64,000 nucleotides of DNA from the human T2T-CHM13v2.0 reference genome, Homo sapiens, in NCBI RefSeq assembly GCF_009914755.1, contig NC_060937.1. One strand, written 5' to 3'. Made by a program: the position numbers and the translations under genes. The notes under the pieces are model-generated. The model was not told where the DNA came from, did not search any database, and worked only from the letters and a program-made list of their open reading frames with translations. Of this stretch, positions 32,516 through 47,459 are shown in pieces; within the stretch, counting starts at the first letter, position 1; each line of letters starts with the position of its first letter.

Positions 32516-34819
32516 ATGTTTATTTGTTGCTTACATCTACTTTCTAATTTTACTATAATAAACATGTATAATTTTGTTATCAGAAAAGTAAATGTAAAAG
32601 TGAGTTTTAATTTTAAAACTTGGGCCTAAGTCTTCCTGCCTCCCAAGCCCATTCCCTTCCTGATATCTGGGGCTTCCCTCCTCAAGCCTGCTCTGCAGGA
32701 TAAGGGGATACAGTCCACATGCCTGCTGCTGGTTTGGCCCATGATAACCTCCATGGGCAATGTCTGAGCCTCTGCTGTTGAGTTTTGCTTTACACACTCC
32801 TGGCAAGGAAAGGATGGCCAACATGGCTTGGACATGGGTTGCTGATAATTGGTGATGTCTCATGACTGGTTCTGCCTGGAGGGCTTGCTGTAAGTCCCTG
32901 ATAGGAGGAACATGGACCTGCACAAGAGCAGAACTTATCTGACACTGAAGAGGACACTTCAAGAACAGATTATCAAAGTCTAGCTCAGGGAGAAATATAC
33001 TTTAGAGCAGAATGAGGAATGGCGAGGCAGCTGAGCTTAGACACAAGCAGAAGGAAATCCATGGTGAGGGCACAGGCAAGGAAAGGGGCTGAGAGAGCAT
33101 TAGTGGGGGCAGTCAGGGGCAGTGGTCAGGATGCTCGGATGCCAGCGTGAACAATCGCATCAAGATTAAACACCATGAGGATCGTTAAACTTCCTGTCAT
33201 ATGTCTCCAGGTGGTGCTCCAAATATCCTAAACCAGATGACAGCACCCCTCCACCCTCTGCTGTATAAGCACATCTGCTCTCCTATAATCATTCCCACAT
33301 AGCAATTTATCATTTTTATTGATTTTTCTTCATTTAATACACGTATAAGTGTGTCTTTTATTTTTAAAAATTTGCATTCCTTTAATTGCTTTGGAGATTG
33401 TGCATTTTTCTCTCTGTTGATTTACTCTGCCAATAAACATGTAATTCTACCATAAGCATGTTTTACTTGTGTAATCAACCAAAATAAAAAATTTAAAAAG
33501 GAATCACTGACTATGAATTAGACATGTGGATAGGCACCAGGGTTGCAGACATGGCCCACGTTCTTGCATTAACTTGCACTGTGGCTGGGGCATTGGATGG
33601 GTACATTAAAAGGATTAAAGTAATATAAGGCAGTATTTATTAAGTGTTGAGTGAGCACTACAGAACCCAAGTGCTGAGGGAGTTTCATGCAGGAAGAGAT
33701 CAAGAGTAACACAGAGAAGAAGAATAGATCAATTTAGCGCATTCATTTAAAAATTCACCTTTTGCATAAGGGGATGTGTCTTTTGTGGGGAGGAGGGGAG
33801 TTCTGATTGGCAGTTTGTTCTCAGGGAGCTTGAAGAAGAGATCTTGGAGAGGAGATGCAGAGAAAACAAATGAAGAAAATGTCAAAATGGAAGGGGTTGG
33901 CCCGGCTATGCATACCTTAGTTAGCTTAGGTAGAGTCTAAACTTTTACAAGTGGTTTCAATAGGTGTGTTTGGTCTGGGTTCTTTGGGAGGTATCATAGG
34001 AGAATGAAGGCAGGGAGGACGCTTCCAGCACCAAAATTCAAAGGGAAATGTATTTTACATGCATAGCATTGTTTTACTCTCTTTCCATTTGGAGCATATC
34101 TTAAAAATTCCATTTGGAGCATATCTTTAAAAACCCATTTCTCTGACAATGGTTCTAAAAGGGGGAAACATCCTTTGCAACAGAATCATTCATTCTCTCA
34201 TTCATCAACCACTGATTGTGTACTAAGTGTCAGACCTGATCTCCATCCTGCCTGGTATGGCACTAGCTTCTGTCTTGAGACAAGCATTGTGATAAACCAT
34301 GACCAAAAAAAGGGCAGTTTTATAAACACAAGTCTGCCAGGCTTTCAGCAATTCTAAATTTCCTTTTGCAAGTCAGGCTGGAGTTAATGGCTCTTTCCTG
34401 CAGCGTTGGAGATGACAGGGCTCTCCCACAGTGCTGAGCAGGCAGTTTGAAAGCCCCACTTCCTGTCTCTGCATGGGCGAGTGTCCACTGGAAGCCACTG
34501 AGAGGAAGGAGGGAAACCTCAGAAACCGGCCCCTGCCTGGCTGCTTCACCCTAGAAAGCCCAGGCAGAGGAGGGAAAGGTGAAGTGCTGAATAAGAATAA
34601 AAAAGGGGGAACATGAAAAAGAGCAAGAGCAGGAAGGAGGCAGGGACGGGAAAGGAGGGGAAGCACGGAAACAGCCAATGTCAAGGAGAAGAAAAGATGG
34701 CTGGTGGAAAGGAGCTTCCAGGAATTGGGACACAGCCCTGTCTTATTGCAAAAGATGGAAACCCTGAAGGAGAACAGGAAGGAAAAAGAAAACAAGTCCG
34801 TCTGAGCTGGCAGGGTCCA

Positions 34820-34878
34820 CTTTCTCATTCTACAGATGAGGAAACAGAGGCACAGAGAGGAAGTGGCTTGCCCAAGGG
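34820..34878 (-). mobile_element. MIR core
   Basis: cattctacagatgaggaaacagaggcacagagaggaagtggcttgcccaagg. Confidence 0.75.
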
Positions 34879-36856
34879 GGCAGATTCTTGAAAGGATCAT
34901 CTGCACTCTCTCTCCCCTAATGCATTCTTACCTCTTCTTTACTCGTGAGTCAGTCCTGAAGGACAAGCTGCCTGAAGTCCCACACAGATGGGCCTGGGGC
35001 AAGCATCAAACATCCTGGGGGCCCTGGGTGAGGTTTGCTTTTAAATTCCAGGTCAGGGAAAGGAAGGTCTTTAAGTTGTCTGCTCTAAGCTTAGTAATCC
35101 CCCTCAGAGTTATGGGTGCGGTGTCTGGGGTAGCCGTTGCATCTCTGGGCAAATACCCTGGAGAATGCAGTGTTGGTTGTCTGAGCTGGGGACAGAGTGA
35201 CAGCATAGTTGCATGCAGAACTGGAGGCTCCTGCAGCTGTACAGGTAAGGTGCTGAAATTCTCCACCAACCCTTCCTCTTTGCCCCCAGCACCACGAAGA
35301 TAACCCTCTTTGAATATGTGGAAGTCTGTTCTCCAAACTTTCTAACATTCTCATGTCAGTCTTAATAGATTCAGCTCAGTTACTGCCTCCTCCAGGAAGT
35401 CCTCCTTGTCTGCAAATCGGCTGCCCACCATGCCGGCTCACTCATAGTTTTAACTCTGTATCTTTCTAATATGCCTTAGCCCACTCTGTCAGGATTCCAG
35501 TCAGCTTCCTTCTCCTAGACTAGGAGTTGCCTCAGGCCAGGAGGACCAGCCTTGTTCATATCTGTACCCTGCAAACCTGTCAATGCCCAAACCTGCTCAG
35601 TGCTTTGGAGTATGGAACCAGCCGTCAATGCAGGAATGTTACACTCTAAGAGTTCCCAAAGGTAGAGAGATGAGGGATTGGTGCTGGAAGTGGGAGGTTA
35701 TTCTAAGGATGGGTATGGCAGGAAACACAATTATAGTTCAGGGAGTGGAGTGTCCAGGAGTGGGAGGAGAGGAACTGGGAGAAAGAGCAGAGAGTGAAAG
35801 TGAGAGCGGGCACAAAGAAAGGGAAAAAGAGTCAGGGATCAACCAAAGTGCATGCTTCCTTTTCAGCCCTGCCAGGATGTGCAGGGCGGCTGCTGTGGAC
35901 GCGTCAAGGCTCAGCCTCAAACATGTCTTCTTCCTTGACTTTTGTCTATCATTCTAAAGCTAGGTCATTTAAAAAGTTCTTTTGTTTTCTTTCCACCGAT
36001 ACTCTGATTTCTGACATTCGCCAAAAAGAGGTCAAGACCCTGGCATACCGCCCTACTAAGATTAAAATAAATATTATCCATTGAAACTGTTATTTTTTCC
36101 TTAACTGTTATTTGTAGAGTTAAAGATTCCCATGATCGCGCTGGCTCTAACATCATTTTTGGCTCTTTTGAGATCAAATTTGCAATTTGATGCAAAAATA
36201 GCTGTGACGCATATGTGTCTGTATGTGTGTGGTTAGGAGATTTTTTATCATTACATCTTCTTTTGCCCTGCCTTTCTGCCTTTCTGTCCTTTTAATTTGC
36301 GGGCTTTTGGCAACCACAGCACGGGTCTGGTTTCCTAGGAGTTTCTTTTGTAGGATCAAACCGCTAGTTGGCTCTTGGCCCTGTGATAGGGCCCTGGGCT
36401 AACTTATTGGGAAAATGTTGCTGTAACCCCTGCCCAGAGGTGCCTGTGACATGGGCTGCCATCTTCTCCTCTTCCCTTGGCTTCAGCCCCACCTAGAAAC
36501 CTGAACAAACATTTTCCTTGACATTTCATAAAGTGTCAGTGGCTCCTCATTTAGCAAAATACATCCCAGGGAAGTTCAAAAGTGAAAAAAGGCCGTAACT
36601 TCTTCTTCTTCTCAGGGACCTACAGAAAATATGTGGCACCTCGGCAGCCTGGCCTGCAGCACTCCCCTCCCCATCAGTGAGTCCTGCTACAGTGGGTCCA
36701 GGTGTCTGGAAGCCCGGCACGCACGGCTCTCTGCAGACCTCTGGACAGTACCATGGGAGCCGCACAGTCCCTGCCTGTTCTGTCCGGCAGTTCTTGTTTC
36801 CCAGCACCCTGTCTCAGGTGAGAGGTTCCCTCTTCTGCTGGGCTTCTCCTCCCTGC

Positions 36857-37276
36857 TGTGAACCCCAAATATCTGAGGCAGGTCAATTTAGGAACCTTAT
36901 TTTGCCAAAGTTGAGGATGTACCCATGACACGGCCTCAGGAGGTCCTGAAGACAAGTGCCCGAGGTGATCGCGGCACAGCTTGGTTTTATACATTTATAC
37001 AGACATCAGTCAATATATGTAAGATAAACATTGGTTCGGTCCCGAAAGGCCGGACAACTCCAAGTGGAGAGGGGGCTTCCAGTTCACAGGTAGATAAGAG
37101 ACAAAATGTTGCATTCTTTTGAGTTTCTGATTAGCTTTTCCAAAGGAGGCAATCAGATATGCATTTATCTCAGTGAGCAGAGGGGTGACTTGGAATGGAA
37201 TGGAAGGCAGTTCTCAGTTTAAATTTTCCCTTTAGCTTAGTGATTTTGGGGTCCCAAGATTTATTTTCCATTCACT
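36857..37276 (-). mobile_element. MER4A-type ERV1 solo LTR
   Basis: tgtgaaccccaaatatctgag...gcctcaggaggtcctga...cacagcttggttttatacattt; ctgc flanks both ends (probable 4-bp TSD). Confidence 0.85.
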
Positions 37277-38058
37277 CTGCAGACAGGGGCTTCTGTGCAT
37301 CCAGGGAGCCCCTCCTCACAGAAGGAAGCAGGCCATTAATGAGACCCAATCCAGCTTCAACCACCTGGTAACAATTAGGACATCACTTCTCTGAGCAAGA
37401 GCTCCTGCCTGTCCATGAGTTATCAAGACATTCCAATTGTTCCTCCACATCTTTGACATGAAGACTTGAGGGGGTCAGATTTTCCAGGGGGCTTGATGGC
37501 ATGTTCTCTTCACTGTTCCCTGCCCTGGTCATCCAAGTGACCCTTGGCAGGGAAGAGGCCCCGAGTTGCAGAATCTCTGTTCTCACAAGCCATTGCCACC
37601 CCGGAGAGTGGCTTTGCCACTATTCCTAGCATGTTGTTGGCTATTTCAGGAATGGGAGTATTTGACTTTTCCCTTTGCAGTGATTGCTGCAAGGAGAGGA
37701 ATTGAGAGACTCAAGTCCCTGAGATAAATATTTATCAACTATTACTGAAAGGGAGTATGTCAAAGAAAAAATGTGGAGAAACTTCAGCTTGAACACATAG
37801 TTTAAATCCAGCTTGGGTGTACTCCAGTGGGCATGGATGTATTACTGTTTTGCAGTGCATTCTTCTATGATCAATACACAGAAGCAAACAGGCCACGTGG
37901 GTAAACAGTAATTTTCATTTACCAGGGTGAATATGGAAGTCCTCTTGTTTCCATGTCATGATGAAGGAAAGCAAGGACCATCTTTTGCCAAGGAACAGTG
38001 GCTGTGGGGGAACTGAGGAGATGGAAGGACAAGGCAGTCAAAAGCTTTGGAACAACTC

Positions 38059-38460
<402 letters not shown>

Positions 38461-38658
38461 TGACAATGGAACAACCATGAAATGAAAGGAAGAATGTGTC
38501 ACTGGTATGTCCACACGTCTCCAAATCTCTCACCTCTGTCAGCTGCAAACAGAGCCTGAAATAAATGTTTCCTCTGTGCACAGCCTCCACAACTTCCTCC
38601 CTCCACGTTTCTCACTCACTCCTCTCCAGCACTTCTCTCCGGGTTCTGCTTACAAACT

Positions 38659-39383
38659 TGAAACCGGCTATGCAAAAATTATAACTGTGGAAATTATGAC
38701 AGTGAAAGAGATCAGACCTAACCGACTCCATCTTGCTTCTAACCTTTAAGCTGTCCTTGTTCATTTTTGGGCTGAACTAACTTTGGGAAGGAATTCAGTT
38801 CATGGTAGAACTCTGAAACAAAATTGATAATAGCCCTTTCCTGAAAAGACCCCCTTCTTGCCTGGGGACAAGTCTGCCATTGTAGGACTAACAAATTAAC
38901 TACAAGATTAGAAATTAAGGTTTAGGGTTCATGCAGCCTCCAGTTCCAAGAGTCTAAACCTCCCCAAATTGCTCCTGGGGATAACATCACTGTTGTAAAA
39001 GCTAAGACCAGTGCTTGAGATATTTTGTAGACCCTGCTCTGGATGGATCAGCTGACACCATCCAGACTGGTAATTTGGCTCAACCAGCTCTGCCATCCCA
39101 CCCAGGAACAGAAAAATACTCACTTCATCACCCCATGAGTCCATCTCTAACCTGACCAATCAGCACTCCCTACTTCCCAGGCCCCTACTCGCCAAATCTG
39201 CCTTTGGAGGCAGATAACAACTTATCTTTAAAAACTCTGATCCCTGAATGCTCAGGAGACTGATTTGAGTAATAATAAAACTCCGGCTCTGCATGAATTA
39301 CTCCTTTTCCATTGCAATTCTCTTGTCTTGATAAATTGGTTCTGTCTAGGCAGCCAGCAAGGCGAACCCTTTGGGCGGTTACA
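38659..39383 (+). mobile_element. LTR8 ERV1 solo LTR, full length, 4-bp TSD
   Basis: TG...CA ends (tgaaaccg...gggcggttaca); aaattatgacagtgaaagagatcagacctaaccgactccatcttgc; TSD aact at 38655-38658 and 39384-39387. Confidence 0.9.
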
Positions 39384-39494
39384 AACTCATCCTCTGTGGA
39401 AGAGTAGGAGTTCATGGAGAAATTGGTTGCAAATTACAAAATTTTATTGTAAGGTCAACTTGTCCCAGTGTCCGTCTGTGCAGCGAAGGGCCCC

Positions 39495-39750
39495 TGCATG
39501 GTTTAGTGATTGCAAGTTGAGCCTCTAGGGTCAGGTTGTCTAGGTTTCCATCCCAGCTCATTCACTTATTATGTGTGTGTTCTTGAGCAAGCTCCTTAAT
39601 CAATTGAGGCTTTGTCCTTCTGTTTGTATAATGATGAGAATAATAACCTCCACAATAACCTCATCATAAGGTTGTTGTGAAGATGGATCAGATAATATAT
39701 ATGTAGAGTGCTTATAACAGTGCCTGGCACATAAAAAATGCTCAAAAATC
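39495..39750 (+). mobile_element. MIR
   Basis: atcccagctc...ttgagcaagctccttaatc...ctcatcataaggttgttgtgaagat...acagtgcctggcacata. Confidence 0.75.
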
Positions 39751-41569
39751 TTAAGTGTTATTAATAATAAACTGACATATATTTCTTGAGCAGGGTGGTG
39801 GTAAATGGGTGTTCTTTTCATTAAGCTTTAAAGTGTGCATAGATCATATTAATTCTTTTTATGCATATGATATATTGCACATGCATGAAAATACATGCAT
39901 TAAAAATAAATGAGCATTTATGAGATTTAGTTTAGCACTCACATGTCCCAGGATTACAAGCCAGCAATAATGGGTTGGAAAACATTCCAACCCATTCCAA
40001 CCATTGGAAAACATTCCAACCCATCACTGGACCCATGTGCCAAACAATGGAACCGCCCACAGGTTCTCATTCTTGGTTAAAAAAATATGATTATTACGGG
40101 AATAATACTGATTCCCTAAGAATTAATATCCGAGCAAGTTTCTTTTTTTTCCTGTCTTCTTGGAAGATCAGCAGGTTCTAGATTCAATGGAGTCACTAGG
40201 ATTCAGCCACCAGTATACGCCAGTCCTCTCCAGAACGGCCACCTGGTGGTGGGCACTAAGGCAGTCTCAGATGAGGACTGATTGACTTTTGTGTGAACTC
40301 AAACTGCCAAAGTCCCTCCCTCACCTTGCAAACTTCAAAGCACAACTTTCAAAGCACTACTTTCTTTCTTGGCTCTCAATTCTCTGCCTAGAAAAAGGGA
40401 GGTGTTGGCAAGGATGTTTGTTTAGTTCTGGGCATCAGTCAATGGTACCCAGATCTTGCTGAACAGAAAAGACACAGATTTGTTTCTCTGATGCAGTTGG
40501 TAGTGCTTATTGCTTATTGCTCTCAGGGGCTTCTGCAGCAGTAGAAGGGCCCTCTTCCCCTGCCATGCCACACTGAGAGGAGCATCCTTGGAGTCATGGT
40601 TGGAATCTGTTTTTGTTATGCTAGTCCTCTTCCTCATGCTAGCTGTTGCATTGCAGGGATATGTGTACCTGTTTATCTTCTCCACTAGGCTCTAAGAAGC
40701 CAGGTTTCTTAAAGGAAGGAAGCTGATCTTGTTTATCTTGAAGTCCTCACAGTGACATTGCTCAGTCAATGTTGAGTGTATGAATGAATAAACGGGAACC
40801 ATCACGAAAAAGCCGAAAATACAGTGGAAAGACTGGATCATAAAATCTTCTAAGCAAATTTTTTTTCCTCTTACACTCCATTTCCAAATAGATAAAGTAT
40901 TTTTTAAAATCCTATCAGAATATTCTAACACACTGAGTTGACAGAATAGAGATTTTTAAATGCAGTGTCATTTGGCCAGCCATTTGTGAGAATTTATAAA
41001 TGTTTCAGTAGGTTGAAAACACTATAAAAGCAAGGACTATGTTCATACCCAACAGCTGGCACTTAGTATGAATGCTAAATGAAACATTCTCTTCTCTTTC
41101 AAGAGTCAGTCCAACCAGTGACCCTGACAAGAAGGAAGGCACATTTAACTCAATTTAATGAACTCTTATAGAGCATCTCCTTCTCCAAGTGCTTTGCTAA
41201 GGATGGGGTAAAAACATGAATAAGTCTTGGATTCTGTCCTTCAGGAATTTTCAGTCTTTGGAGGCAGATACATTTGCACCCAACTATTATCCTAGGCAGA
41301 GTGTGATAAGTACGATAATAGCAGTAAAAGCTCTAAGTTAGGCAGGAGAGGAGGAGCTCGTTAAAGCTTATGGGGCCTGGGAGGCTTTCGGCGGAGTAAA
41401 CTCCAGGGGGACAGCTAGGCATCTGGCTGCTGGAATTGGGAGGAGGATCATTTTAAGTGGCTACAACTCTGGGTGCACAGGACTAGAGGGTGAGGGCCAA
41501 GATGGGAAATTGTGGCAGCCATCTTCCACACTGGGCGCCCGCCGACCCTTGCTTCCTGGTATTCATATT

Positions 41570-42230
<661 letters not shown>

Positions 42231-44619
42231 CAGAAAAGCAGGCTGGTGGAACAGTGTGGGAAACACCTTGATTTTCAGGGAGTTGCACTTTGTTTATGTG
42301 CAATGGTGCACTGTTTTTAGAAAGACACAAAGATGATAATACTGGCGATGGGCATAATACGGGTTGTCAAGAGGAGTGACTGAGGCGGGGATAATTTAAG
42401 AGGCCACAGCAGTAGTGTGGCAAGAGGTAATGAGGGAATTGAACTTGGTGGGAATGGGTGAGATCAACGAGGCAGTCAATATGGGCAGTGAGTGTGAAGG
42501 AGCTGCGAAGGATGATTCTTTGGTTTTGAGCTTAGGAACATGAGAGAACCAAGATCTCATTTATCCAAAGAGGAAACACAGAAGTGAGCCCCTGTTTGGG
42601 GGCAGGGCTGGGTAGGAGGAAAAGAGTGGAGACGTCTATCTCCCCAGGAAGAGAGCCCCCTGCTTCCAGATCCCAGTGGATGGCAGGGCACTCGGCTCAT
42701 TCACAGACTGGGCTCGTTGAGAAACCTTTTCCTGGAGGGCAGGGCTGCTCTGTTTCACAGCCCATATCCCTCATGGCCAAGTGTTCCTCGAGTGACAGTC
42801 TCTGCCATCAATATTTTTAGCATGTGGTCTTTCAGAGACTAAAGAGTGGCATCCATCTCCTGAAACTCCTTCCCCAGCTGACAGCTGGTGACCCGTGGAG
42901 GAGGGAGCTTCAGGGAGCCTGATGGGCGAGAGTCTGTTCCAATGCCAATCCATTGGAAGAGATGAAGTCAGACCCGAGTTTGATAGAAAGCCTACTTCCT
43001 CCCTTGTATCCAGCTGTGGAGACCTACCAACATCAATGCAAACCAGAAGCTAACACCCAGTTCATATATCCCAAGTGGAAGGAAGCTTCTCGTGGAATTG
43101 TCTTACATGACAGTAACATAAATCCTGAAGGTAATACTTGGCCAGGTAATGTTAGAAAAGAACCTGAACATAGGCATTGCTATTATAGATCCTAGGATAG
43201 GCCTGAGCAAAAACTGTCTGGGATTCATAACATGCTTCGTTGCAATCTGATAGAGGGCGTGAGATCCACTCCAAATGGAGTCTGATTTGGGGCAAAGCAA
43301 AGAGTATGGAAGGAAACTTGAGAAAGGGGGACAGCTTCTCAAATGGAGTCTGGCCACAGCTGGGGCTGGAAAAGAGACATGACTGCGCTTGCAGAGTGGT
43401 GAGAATTTGCTGCTAGAATTTTTAAGTTGTGTGTTTTCATTTTTATGATAATGTAAACTGAGATAAGCATATTCTCTGCTATCCCAATGAGCCCCTCCTC
43501 TAGGAGGACTACCTTGCCACCTTATCCATAAATGTGTTTATAAATTATTTTGATGCCAGCTGGTATTTTTTAAAAAGTGGTTTTGGACTCACAAAAAAAA
43601 CCATGATGGATTTAATACATAACAAAGCATTTGTGTCAAGTGAAGGCCAAGTAACATCTTAGCGTCCTGTGTGAGCGAAGGTGTCGTGGCAGTTCAAACA
43701 AGAATGCCGATGAAGCTGCCCAGGATGGCCAAGGCCACCTTGGTGTGTTTGAGGGGAATTAGAGTTTAGAAAAAAAAAAAAAGGCACCTGACACTCTGAA
43801 CTAATGTGGTTACCTGGAATTTTGGGGTTTTGAAGCTTTGCATTTAATTTGCAGCTTATGGCCTGAAGGAAAAGACAGGTGAAATGCATATCCTGGGATG
43901 AGTCACCTGGAGGAGAGGGCTGGGAAGGGGCTGAGCTGCACATGCTCAGATCTTCTCCCAGGCTTATCGACCCAGTGAGTCAAGTCTTCTTCCAACGGGA
44001 TAGAGTGTGAGAGAGAGCAGGGAACAGAAGCCAGAGTCTCTGTTAAATTTCTCGGTACATTTCTGTTAGAGAATGGAAGTTTCTCTATCGTAGGAGACCT
44101 TGAGAGCCTGGGATAGAAATTACCCCTTTGTCATGTATTTTCCTCCCAGAAATAGCATGGCCACTGTCACTGCTAAGCTGGAGTATCATGAGCACAATTT
44201 CTCTCACTTTCTATACCCATGCCTTTCTAGGAGATTGGTGGCTCCATCAAAAAGGAGTTAAAAAGAAGCAGCACTATTTTGTGGAATACAATCATCACCA
44301 TTATCACCATCAGCACCACCAACCAGCACCACCATTATCAAAAGCATTCACCTGGTGTCTGCCTTACAAACTGCAAACTGCAGTAGGTATTTGTAATAGA
44401 ATGTTTCCTTTCCCCCTTGGGATCTGCAGAAAAGCTGGAGAATGTTTTGGTATCAACACACTAGGTTGCATTGCTAATCATGTGATGGCCCCATGACAGT
44501 CTCTGTTGGCTGGTGTAGTTCAGGTGGACGACTGCAGGATTTTGTTCTTGGAGCCTCAGTTCTGACTGGGCTTGGGGTGTAAAAGGTTTGGGAGCCAGAT
44601 GACAAGAGTATTTGATGGG

Positions 44620-45270
44620 TAGAATAATGGGTTCATCCAAAAGATCACCAGAATGGTTATTAAATAGTACAAAGGAGGAATTTACTGGTAATACCAGTTT
44701 GCAAACAGAGAAGAGAGTCTCCAATGTGGACTGAAAGTGCTCTCTCTTTGAAGAGGGGAAGGACAGATTGGGTTTTATGCCTCACAGGACTGGTACCATA
44801 CATATTCAGCAGGTTTTTGGGGAAAATCTATACATATTTATAAGGTGAGCTGATGCCTGCATAATAGATAAACATATATGTAACATACTTTTCATATTCA
44901 TTTTGGGACTGGGTTTTGGCACTAAAATTTGTGGAATTTGGCTCTTTATGTTAAAAGGTGAACTAGAGGACACAAAGACGGTTTGTGTGCACCCTCTATA
45001 AACTGGCTGAAACTGGCTTAAGGTCTGCAACTGCTTATCCAAAAAGAATGTTTGTAAGGCCAGGCCTCTGTCCAGTCAGAGTTGTAGTGGTCCAGGTTGT
45101 AAATCAAAGTTTATAGCTCTTTTTGTTAGAGAGTTCAGCTGTAGGAATTTAGAAATTTGCCATGCCTGCCAGGCCCTGAACCTTTGACCCATAGGTAACT
45201 TTATTTCCTTAACCTTAGGGTCAGTCTTAGTTGATATGGGGCATCTATTCTGGTATCTCAGATCCTATGG
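44620..45270 (-). mobile_element. Probable ERV1 LTR (MER31/MER67-like); family uncertain
   Basis: LTR-like blocks (gattgggttttatgcctc, ctggcttaaggtctgcaactgcttatc, gaatgtttgtaaggcc). Confidence 0.4.
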
Positions 45271-45567
45271 TCAAGAGAAAAGATCCTCCACAAGAGGGTC
45301 CTATGTGGCTGCAAAAACTGCTCTGAGCTAAATCCACTCAAAATCACTGCAGGATGTCACTACTAGAAAATAGGGCAGGGATAGGGATCCCCTTCCCATG
45401 CTGCCAGAAAATGCCTGATAGCTTACCTCCCCCGGCCCTTGAGGCTCCCTTGGAATAGGCACATGCAATCCCATCTCCACCCAATAGAGCTTGTCCTAGA
45501 GCTCAGTTTTTTCCCATAGTTTTCCCACCCACTTGCACCAGAAAATCTAATAAAGTCATGTGATTAA

Positions 45568-46024
<457 letters not shown>

Positions 46025-46099
46025 TGAATCAGTTAAGGATTGCATTTGGCTGCATTAACAGAAACCTGACTGCAGAAGCTTAACCAAATAGGGTAGTTT

Positions 46100-47130
46100 T
46101 TAAAGAGAGATTGCTTACATCACGCAAATTGCACAAATTTTAAGTGCATAGTTCAATGAGTTTTGACAAATGTAGAATAACATAGCTATATAAAACCATT
46201 CCATCAAAAAAATTTTATCACCATAGGAAATTGTGTCCTGTCCCTTTCTTGTCAATCCCAACTCCTCCCCACAAGGCAACCTTCATTCTCATTTCTCTCA
46301 CCATAGCTTAGTTTTACATGTTTCTATAATACAGCATCATATAAATGGAATAATACAGAATGCAATCTTTTGTATGAAGCTTCCTTTGGCTCAATGTAAT
46401 GTTTATGAGATTCATCCATGTTATTGAATGTATCAGTAGTGTTTTCATTTATATTTCCTAGTGTTCTATTGAATAAATATACTACAATTTGTTTATCCAC
46501 TTATTTGTTGATGAACATTTGGACCGTTGGCAATTTTTGCCTATTATGCATAAAGCTGTTAAAAAACATTCTTGTACAAGTCTTTCATTTCATATGTTTT
46601 TCTTTTTCTGAGGTAAATAACTACAAGTAGAATTGTTGGGTAATAAATAGGCATCCATCTAATATTATAAGCAACTGCACAACAGTTTTTCAACGTGGCT
46701 GTACTATTTCACTCTCCCAATAGCAACGTATGTGTTTTCCAGCTACTCCACATGCTCACTGGCATTTCCTGTTGCCAGTTTAAACATTTCAGCCATTCCA
46801 GTGGATATGAAATCTCTCTGGCTATAATAATTGTATTTCTCTGATGACTAATTATGTCAAGCCCCTTTTCAAATGCTTATCAGCCACTTCTATACTGTCC
46901 TCTGTGACATGTCCGTTCAATCTTTTTGCTCATTCTTTAAAAACATTGGGTTGTTTGTCTTTTTCTTAGTTTGTCTTTTGCTTTTCATTTATAGGAGTAC
47001 ATATCTTCGGAATACAAGTCCTTTGTCAGATAAATGTATTGTGAATAATTTTCTCCTAGTTTGTGGTTTGCCTTTTCACATTCTTAATATCTTTTGATGA
47101 GTGGAAACTAACTTTTAAATTATGTTCAGT
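46100..47130 (-). mobile_element. Old L1M 3' fragment
   Basis: aattgcacaaattttaagtgcatagttcaatgagttttgacaaatg...atttctctgatgactaa...aagtcctttgtcagata. Confidence 0.8.
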
Positions 47131-47132
47131 AG

Positions 47133-47459
<327 letters not shown>

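Noticed and set aside
34373-35303. 177-aa (-) and 155-aa (+) ORFs
   Set aside because: They come from a purine-rich low-complexity tract and a MIR; no recognisable homology or exon structure.
44128-44496. His-rich 122-aa ORF
   Set aside because: The His run comes from a degenerate (CAY)n repeat at ~44291-44340; nothing else suggests coding.
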